DNA from: Terriglobia bacterium
GTDB lineage: Bacteria > Acidobacteriota > Terriglobia > JAJPHL01 > JAPKYU01
DNA: 64,000 nucleotides
Direction of reading: 5' to 3'
Assembly (NCBI GenBank): GCA_965206645.1
Contig: CBDBKE010000004.1
Coordinates: forward strand, 640,001 to 704,000
Shown: positions 56,816-64,000 of the stretch, one piece after another
Position numbering within the stretch: position 1 is the stretch's first letter
How the letters are laid out: every line of letters begins with the position of its first letter
Position numbers and translations under genes: made by a program
The notes under the pieces: generated by a model
Seen by the model: only the letters and a program-made list of their open reading frames with translations
The model's database searches: none
Told to the model about the DNA's origin: nothing

Positions 56816-58596
56816 CTATTCGACTGCGATCCTCACCGTATTGCTAGTGACGCCGCCAGCGGTGATGGACATGGGCACCGCCACGTCGGGGGTAATATTC
56901 TCAGGCACCAGGGCGTTGATCTGCCAGACGCCCACCAGTCCCGGCGCCATCTCGCTGAATAGAACGTGAGCCTGGCTGCCTCCGATCCTCACCGTGGGCT
57001 GCACTTGTGTCCGCACCAGCGGGTTGCCACCGGCCGGCGCCGGTTCACCGGGCAGCAACGACAGGTCCGTTGCCCCGGCACCCGTGGCGAAAATCTGGAT
57101 CACGCTGCCCCGGGCCGCGGGTTGTACCCCCAGAATTGTCTCGGGGTTTCCATTGAGCGAATTGTCCTGGTTTAACACGGAAGCCTGACCTCGTCCGGTA
57201 GCCAACACCGTGAAGATGCCCGGCGCAGTCGCTTGCAGCGATAGTCTGGTGAGTAGCGCGGTGCCATCCGGCCGCTCCAACTGCGCGGGAACAGCTGCCC
57301 CGGGCGGGTTGATTCCGGACGGCACCTGAAAATTGATCTGCTGCGGGCCAACAAAAAGCAAGGGTACTGGTATCCCACCGGAGTACTCCCAGGCTGAACC
57401 GTTATAGGCCAGTTCGCCTCCGAGCCGTAGCGTCATTCCGCCCAGCGTAGTGGGCAGGGGCAAGAAATCAGCAGTTAAATTTCGGTCCACACCCGTGGAC
57501 TGAGACCCCAAAATGACGCTGGCTAGCGAGCCGGGGGCCACCATCGGGGAAAAACTGGCCGCATTGATCATCGTGAACTCCGAAGGCTCGGGAGGAACAC
57601 GCTGGAGAAAGAACAAGCTGTCGGAGTTGCGACTGGTGATGAAAACAACGGCCTTGCTGGGACTCCTGAAGCTGGACCAACGAGAACTTGCAACCCCTGC
57701 GGCGCCGGGAATCTCTGGAACAATCGTCACGTCGCTGCTATCGCTGCTGATCAGAGCAATCGAATCGGCTCCGCCGATGACGGCAACGACCCCCAGGAAA
57801 GCATCCGTGCCGACAAAATCCTGTGGGTTGGGAACATTCCGAATGACCGACAGCACCTCCAGAGTCTCGGTGTCGTAGGTCGTAATGGTGTCATCTAAGG
57901 CGCTAGCGACGTAGCCTGTGGCGGTCACGACAGTCGGCTTCTGAGCGGAGATGCGCGTCAATATGGACAAAGTTGTCAGATCCACCAAGGTCACCACATT
58001 TGCGTCAGTGCCTGCTACCCATGCGATCTTATGGCCCTGCTGCGTCCTAGCGACCGCAACGCCCCGTAATCCCCGACTACCGGCAACCTCGGGAATTCTG
58101 GCAGTGACCGCAAACGACTGCAGATCGATCAGGGCAAGACTGCTGTCACCGAGCAGGGAAAGGCCGCCGCGTAAGGCAGGGAGCCGACATGGATCGTGCC
58201 CAAGATAGTGGCGTCCGGGACTCGCAATATGCTTACGGAGCCGTCTGAAGGTGAGGTGACCAGTACATGGTCGTCGACGTATTGGTCGCCGATGCGACAG
58301 CGCGTCACGGCGTAGGGTGTAGGAACCTGGGGAACGACGATGGGTGGGAGAATGCTGAAATCCCCAATGACCGTGCTGCCCTTTACCTCAAAAATGGAAA
58401 CGGACTGGTCGCCCGAATTGGCAACCACGGCGTAGCGTCCAGCTGTTGCATCAAATGGCGAAGAAAACCTCGCAATGTCAACGCCGATCGGCGCCCGTCC
58501 GACCGGCACGGAATCCAAACGAATTGCCTGCGCCGAAACGTGCCCCGCGCCCCAGAGTGCCAAAACGACTACGGAACGCAAAAGAACGCCTAGCAT
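56816..58596 (-). pseudogene. Secreted YVTN-type beta-propeller + TIGR03437-like C-terminal domain protein, frameshifted at ~58160
   Basis: 5' part (ATG 58596, signal peptide, PVGRAPIGV, VVANSGDQSVSI) shifts frame after LPYAAA to SLLGDSSLALIDL...; 3' part has INAASF..VAPGSLAS, QINFQVP, GVWQINALVP. Confidence 0.78.
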
Positions 58597-58678
58597 TGCC
58601 GTGATCTCCCTGCCGGGCCCGCTGCTTGATTGTAACGCTTCTTGCGCTCGCTGCCGCGCCCTGTATAGTTTAGGCGGC

Positions 58679-61201
58679 ATGAGGAGCGGGCTGGCGTTAC
58701 TGTTGCTTGCCGGCCTGGCTGCGCTGCAAACCAGCGCTCCGGAGCCGCAATGGCCGGGGCCGAAGCGGGATGGGTTTCTGCTGCCCATGGGCTGGCGGCT
58801 GGCGCCGACCGGCATCCAGGTGCCGCTGCCCGACACGCGGCCGATGACGCTGGCCCTGCACCCGGACGGGAAGCGCCTGTTCGTCCTCAGTGCTGGCTAC
58901 ACGCAACCCTCGGTGCTGATCCTGGATTCGGCGCAGCCCGGTCGCGAGGGCGGAGTCACTCGCGTGGGCCTCAGCAATGCCTGGCTGGGCTTGGTGATTA
59001 ACCCCGAAGGCGACGGCTTCTACGTGCCCGAGGGCAACGCCGGCACGGTGCGCGAGTTCTCCTTCACGAAAAGCGAGATCAAGCCCGCGCGCGAATTCAA
59101 ACTCTTTGAGGGCGTGACAAACCCGCTGGCGCGTGGGCGCCAGCGCTGGAACTCGAACCACTTCCTGGGCGACGCGGCCCTGCATCCCGACGGCAAACGG
59201 CTCTACGTGGCCGACATGCAGGCGGGGCTGGTCTACGAGCTGGACCTCGACAAAGGGCGGGACCGGAAGGGACCGGACGAGGGACCGGACAAGGGACCGG
59301 ACGAGGATAAAGTTGCGCGCCAAATCCGCGTGGGCGCGCACCCTTACCGGGTGCTGGTGTCCTCCGACGGAACTCGCCTGTACGTCAGCAACTGGGGCAG
59401 CAGCAACATCAGCGTGATCGAAGTCGCTACCGGCAACGTGCAGGCCACCTTTGCCAGCGGCGCGCACCCCTCCGACATGCTCCTGGCCCCGCGCGGACAC
59501 CTGTACGTAGATTGCTCCAACACCAACGAAGTCTACGTGCACGACGCCGACACCGGGGCGGTGCGCGAGCGCATCTGGGTGGCGCTGCATCCCAAGGCAC
59601 CGCCGGGCAGCACCCCCAATGCGCTGGCACTGGCGCCCGACGGCAGCCGATTGTATGTGGCCAATGCCGACAACAACATCTTAGCAGTGATCACGCCGGG
59701 CGCCATCGAGTCCCGCGTGGAGGGCTTCATCCCCACCGGCTGGTATCCCACGGCGGTGCAGGTTTCACCCAACGGGCGGCGCCTGTTCGTCGCCAACGGC
59801 AAAGGCCAGGGCAGCCGCGCCAACCCGGGCGGGCCGCAGCCGGACCGCCCAATGACTCCACAAACCGAGTACACGCCGCGCATTCAGAGGGGCTCGCTGA
59901 GCATCATCAACGTGCCGGACGAAGCCCAGTTGAAGATTCTGACGCGGCGCGCGCTGGCCGCCTCCCCCTACCACGACGAGCTGCTGGAAACGGCGCCGGG
60001 CCCAGGCACGGTGATTCCCACGCAACCGGGCGGAGCAACTCTCATCCGCTACGTCATCTACATCGTCAAGGAGAACCGCACCTACGACCAGCTCTTCGGC
60101 GACATTCCGGAGGGCAATGGCGCCCCGTCGCTGGTGCTGTTCGGTGAGACGGTCACGCCCAACCACCATCGCCTGGCGCGCCAGTTCGTGCTGCTCGACA
60201 ATTTCTACGCCAGCGCTGACGTGAGCGCCGACGGCCACAACTGGTCCATGGGCGCGCTGGCCAATGACTTCGTACAAAAGCTTTGGCCCGCTACGTACGC
60301 CGGGCGCCGCGTCCTCTATGACTACCAAGGACAGGACCCGACCAGCCGCCCGCCCGGCGGCTACTTGTGGGACGCCGCACGGAAGGCCGGCGTCAGCTTC
60401 CGTCTCTACGGCGAGTGGACGGAGAACCCGGAGGACCCAAGGCAGCCCGTACGGCCACGGGTGAAGGAGTTCGAAGACCACGTCGCTCCCTCCTACCGCA
60501 ACTTCGACCTGAACTACCCGGACCGGAGGCGCGCCCAGGAGTGGCTGCGCGAGTTCCGCCAGTTCGAGAAGAACGGTGACCTGCCGCAGCTCCAGATCGT
60601 GCGCCTGCCCAACGATCACACCGCCGCCACCCACCCCGGGGCCTGGACGCCTCGCGCCATGGTGGCCGATAACGACCTGGCGCTGGGACGAATCGTCGAG
60701 GCGGTGACTCGCAGCCGCTTCTGGAAGGAGACCGCCATCTTTGTGCTGGAGGATGACGCGCAGAACGGGCCGGACCATGTGGACTCGCACCGCTCGATCG
60801 CGCTCGTGATCAGCCCTTATGCGCGACGCGGCGCAGTGGACAGCACCATGTACTCTACCGTTAGCGTCCTGCGCACTATCGAGCTGATCCTCGGTCTGCC
60901 CCCCTTGACGCAGCACGATGCCGCCGCCACGCCAATGTTCGCCGCCTTCACCGACAAACCTGACTTTCGCTCTTACACGGCCGTGAAGCCGAAGGTGAAT
61001 TTGAACGAGCGCAACCCGCCCGAGGCCCCAGGCGCTGCCGCCTCGGCTCGCATGGACTTCAGCGACGTGGACCTGATAGAGGCCCACCAGATGAACGCGA
61101 TCCTCTGGCGCGCGATTGAGGGTGACGTTCCCATGCCCGCCCCTCTGCGCAGCGCCTTCCCCTCGCTTTTGACCCCAAAAACCGGAGATACGCACAGGTA
61201 A
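58679..61201 (+). CDS. Secreted YncE-type beta-propeller / alkaline-phosphatase-superfamily phosphoesterase fusion
   Basis: Signal peptide, LYVSNWG and LYVANA blades, IPTGWYP, IVKENRTYD, LLDNFY, LPNDHT, EDDAQNGPDHVDSHR. Confidence 0.9.
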   Translation: MRSGLALLLLAGLAALQTSAPEPQWPGPKRDGFLLPMGWRLAPTGIQVPLPDTRPMTLALHPDGKRLFVLSAGYTQPSVLILDSAQPGREGGVTRVGLSNAWLGLVINPEGDGFYVPEGNAGTVREFSFTKSEIKPAREFKLFEGVTNPLARGRQRWNSNHFLGDAALHPDGKRLYVADMQAGLVYELDLDKGRDRKGPDEGPDKGPDEDKVARQIRVGAHPYRVLVSSDGTRLYVSNWGSSNISVIEVATGNVQATFASGAHPSDMLLAPRGHLYVDCSNTNEVYVHDADTGAVRERIWVALHPKAPPGSTPNALALAPDGSRLYVANADNNILAVITPGAIESRVEGFIPTGWYPTAVQVSPNGRRLFVANGKGQGSRANPGGPQPDRPMTPQTEYTPRIQRGSLSIINVPDEAQLKILTRRALAASPYHDELLETAPGPGTVIPTQPGGATLIRYVIYIVKENRTYDQLFGDIPEGNGAPSLVLFGETVTPNHHRLARQFVLLDNFYASADVSADGHNWSMGALANDFVQKLWPATYAGRRVLYDYQGQDPTSRPPGGYLWDAARKAGVSFRLYGEWTENPEDPRQPVRPRVKEFEDHVAPSYRNFDLNYPDRRRAQEWLREFRQFEKNGDLPQLQIVRLPNDHTAATHPGAWTPRAMVADNDLALGRIVEAVTRSRFWKETAIFVLEDDAQNGPDHVDSHRSIALVISPYARRGAVDSTMYSTVSVLRTIELILGLPPLTQHDAAATPMFAAFTDKPDFRSYTAVKPKVNLNERNPPEAPGAAASARMDFSDVDLIEAHQMNAILWRAIEGDVPMPAPLRSAFPSLLTPKTGDTHR

Positions 61202-61210
61202 AATACCGGC

Positions 61211-63205
61211 ATGTGGCTCAGACAGTTGCTCGTTTTCCTTCTGTGTTCCAGCGCGCTGTGGGCCGAGGTTGTGCGCATCGAGATTCACGCGCGCAGTGAA
61301 GTTCTTGGTGGGCGCACGTTCGGCCTGGCCGGGCCCTACGAGAAGCTGGTCGGCAAGGTCTACTTCGCGGTGGACCCTGGCAACCCCATCAACCAGATCA
61401 TCGCCGACATTAACAAAGCCCCGCGCAATGCCGCGGGCAAGGTGGAATTTTCCTCCGACATGTACGTGCTGAAGCCCAAGAACCCCGAGCGCGGCAACGG
61501 TGCAGTGCTGTGCGACATTCCCAATCGCGGCCGCAAAGTCATGCTGAGTTTCTTCAATCGCGCCCCGTACAGCCTCGATCCCAGCACGGGGGCCGAGTTT
61601 GGCGACGGCTTCCTGATGCGGCAGGGCTACACGCTGGTCTGGCTGGGATGGCAATGGGACCCGCCGCCAAGACCCGGCCTGATGCGCCTGTATGCGCCGG
61701 TTGCGCGCGGCATCCAGGGACTCGTGCGGGCCGACTTCGTGGTGACGCAGAGGGTCACCCGGCGCCTGCTCTCCGACCGCAACCACATCCCCTACCGAGT
61801 AGCTGATCCGGACGATCCCCAGGCCACCCTGACGGTGCGCGATCGCGTGGACTTGCCGCGCCGGCTCATCCCCCGAAAGCATTGGAAATTCTCGGCAGAC
61901 CGCACCAGCGTGGAAATGCCGGCGGGCTTTGAGCCGCACAAGATCTACGAAGTTGTGTACACGGGCAAAGATCCAGTGCTGGTGGGCCTGGGGCCGACGG
62001 CCGTGCGTGACTTCCTTTCGCACCTGAAATACGAGCGCGAGGCCGCACCGGGCGCTCCGCCTGAGAAGCCCCTGATTCCTGGCATCCGCCGCGCCTACGC
62101 CTTCGGCATCTCGCAAAGCGGCCGCTTCCTGCGCACCTTCCTTTACTACGGCTTCAACCAGGACGAAGCTGGCCGCAAGGTGCTGGACGGGATCATCCCG
62201 CACGTGGCTGGCGCCTCCCGGGGCAGCTTCAACCATCGCTTCGCCCAGCCGTCACGCGATGCCCATCCCTTTATGAATTTCTTCTACCCCACCGTCATCT
62301 TTCCCTTCACCGATGTCGCACAGACCGACCCGGAGACCGGGCTGACCGATGGCTTGCTGCGGCGGGCCCGCGACAGCGGTACGGCCCCACGGATCTTTCA
62401 CACCAACGCCTCCTACGAATACTGGGGCCGTGCAGCATCGCTGATCCATACCAGCCTGGACGGCAAATCCGACGCTCCCATCCCTAACAATGTGCGAATT
62501 TACCTGTTTGCCGGCTCGCAGCACGGCCCTGCACCGTTCCCGCCCGCACGCACGATCGGGCAGCAGCGCGACAACCCAAACGATTTTCGCTGGGCCATGC
62601 GCGCGCTGCTGGTGGCGCTGGATCTCTGGATCAGCAAGGATGAGTCGCCGCCCCCCAGCCTCTACCCGCGCCTCGCGAACGGGACGCTGGTGTCGGCTGA
62701 AGCGCTGGACTTCCCAGAGATTCCCGGAGTGGGCTACTCGACGCGGGTGCTGTTGGCCTACCGTGCCGACTACGGGCCGAAGTGGAAATCCGGGATCGTC
62801 ACGCGGGAGCCACCAAGGATTGGCAAACCCTTCCCAGCGCTTGTGCCACAAGTGGATGCAGACGGAAATGAAAGGATTGGTTTAAAGTTGCCAGAGGTGG
62901 CCGTCCCCCTGGCCACCTATACCGGATGGAATCTGTTCAACGAAAGGTCAGGCCCTCCGGACGAAATTTCCAGCATGGCCGGAAGCTACATCCCCTTCCC
63001 ACGAACTCGCGCCGAACGGCTGCGCACAGGCGACCCGCGGCGTTCGATCGAAGAGCGCTACCGCGACCGCGCGCAGTACCTGGGAAAGGTGGCCGCCTCT
63101 GCCCTACAATTGATCGAGCGGAGGTATCTGCTCGATCACGACTTACCGGAAATCCTCAGACAGGCGGCCGAGCGGTGGGACCACGCCGCCGACAAGCGAA
63201 GATAA
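61211..63205 (+). CDS. Secreted alpha/beta-hydrolase-domain protein (Abhydrolase_10-like)
   Basis: Signal peptide, GPYEKL.G, PNRG, GWQWD, FGISQSGRFLR nucleophile elbow, EYWGR, VDADGNE, SIEERY. Confidence 0.85.
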   Translation: MWLRQLLVFLLCSSALWAEVVRIEIHARSEVLGGRTFGLAGPYEKLVGKVYFAVDPGNPINQIIADINKAPRNAAGKVEFSSDMYVLKPKNPERGNGAVLCDIPNRGRKVMLSFFNRAPYSLDPSTGAEFGDGFLMRQGYTLVWLGWQWDPPPRPGLMRLYAPVARGIQGLVRADFVVTQRVTRRLLSDRNHIPYRVADPDDPQATLTVRDRVDLPRRLIPRKHWKFSADRTSVEMPAGFEPHKIYEVVYTGKDPVLVGLGPTAVRDFLSHLKYEREAAPGAPPEKPLIPGIRRAYAFGISQSGRFLRTFLYYGFNQDEAGRKVLDGIIPHVAGASRGSFNHRFAQPSRDAHPFMNFFYPTVIFPFTDVAQTDPETGLTDGLLRRARDSGTAPRIFHTNASYEYWGRAASLIHTSLDGKSDAPIPNNVRIYLFAGSQHGPAPFPPARTIGQQRDNPNDFRWAMRALLVALDLWISKDESPPPSLYPRLANGTLVSAEALDFPEIPGVGYSTRVLLAYRADYGPKWKSGIVTREPPRIGKPFPALVPQVDADGNERIGLKLPEVAVPLATYTGWNLFNERSGPPDEISSMAGSYIPFPRTRAERLRTGDPRRSIEERYRDRAQYLGKVAASALQLIERRYLLDHDLPEILRQAAERWDHAADKRR

Positions 63206-63273
63206 CAAACCGGCAAAATGTGGAACTCTTCCTGAGCCAGAATGGAATCCCTCGGCTACGACCGGAATCTAAT

Positions 63274-63787
63274 AGGGGTTATGGTACCATCCGCTGAAGG
63301 ACCAATGCAGTGTCAGTGCTGAAGCAGACCAACATCCCGCAGGCCACGCGGCTGTTCACCGACTTTCTCTACCAGTTTGATCGCGTCCGGTCCTTTTACA
63401 GCTTCGCCCCCTTTGATGAGGCATCGTTTTTTCAGGCCGCCAAGTCGGTGACCTACCCTGAGGAGACCCGCGCGGCGGTGACCGCGGTTCTGGAGGAACA
63501 GAGCGAGCGGAAACTCCGGCAGAACGATTTAACGCTTGTGTTGCATCGACCGGTTGAGCTGGCAGGGGTTATGGTACCATCCGCTGAAGGACCAATGCAG
63601 TGTCAGTGCATTCCCGCAGGCCACGCGGCTGTTCACCGACTTTCTCTACCAGTTTGATCGCGTCCGGTCCTTTTACAGCTTCGCCCCCTTTGATGAGGCA
63701 TCGTTTTTTCAGGCCGCCAAGTCGGTGACCTACCCTGAGGAGACCCGCGCGGCGGTGACCGCGGTTCTGGAGGAACAGAGCGAGCGG
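63274..63787 (+). repeat. Direct duplication of the bshC promoter + 5' end (63274-63510 and 63564-63787)
   Basis: Copies are identical except directly after ATGCAGTGTCAGTGC (net 13-bp difference). Confidence 0.93.
63510..63563 (+). mobile_element. IS30-family 3' end remnant
   Basis: Reads ETPAERFNACVASTG-stop, the typical C-terminus of IS30-family transposases. Confidence 0.65.
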
Positions 63788-64000
63788 TTCGGGGCCACCG
63801 AGCAAACCCGACGTAATCTCGAACGCTTCCGACAGGGGTCAGCAGCAGTGGTGACCGGCCAACAGGTGGGCCTGTTCACCGGGCCCGTGTTTGCTTTTTA
63901 CAAGGCACTCACGGCCATCCGGCTCGCCGAGCACCTGACTGCCGCAGGCCTGGATTGCGTGCCCGTCTTCTGGCTGGCTACCGAAGACCACGACCTGGAG
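63595..64000 (+). CDS. bshC: Bacillithiol biosynthesis protein BshC, 5' part (ATG out of frame as assembled; runs off window)
   Basis: PQATRLFTDFL...AAVVTGQQVGLFTGP..FYKALTAI...VPVFWLATEDHDLE. Confidence 0.85.

Noticed and set aside
59765-62236. 823-aa antisense ORF (also 42515..44032, 35340..36584, 24173..25528, 20251..21237)
   Set aside because: Shadows of well-supported genes on the opposite strand; expected from high-GC codon bias; no recognisable motifs.

Overview
GC-rich bacterial chromosomal segment, most likely Acidobacteriota (inferred from a TIGR03437/Soli_cterm-like surface protein, Acidobacteria-type secreted proteins, and bshC/ypdA in a diderm context). Housekeeping genes: uppP-ftsK, tRNA-Phe, selA, mutS-nagZ-anmK, dtd, ackA-thiO, pilT-ypdA-nuoI, nadE and the 5' end of bshC. 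About 14.7 kb of decayed accessory DNA starts at the 3' end of tRNA-Phe. It holds one IS256 and two IS3 elements (none with target duplications), several IS-truncated gene fragments, otsB, a Cys-less Isf-like flavoprotein, a MacAB-type exporter, an amber-interrupted secreted protein and an enolase-superfamily gene. The best candidates for undescribed biology are (i) a two-gene cassette encoding a secreted 75-aa, 12-Cys miniprotein and a coupled exported partner (39315-40493), and (ii) a ~165-nt structured intergenic RNA candidate with its own -10 box and U-tail (22739-22905). Also notable: exact local duplications (selA 45 bp; bshC ~230 bp around an IS30 end), many 12-15 bp tandem microduplications, scattered frameshifts, and many apparently leaderless genes. 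All calls come from reading the sequence and translations; no database searches were run.
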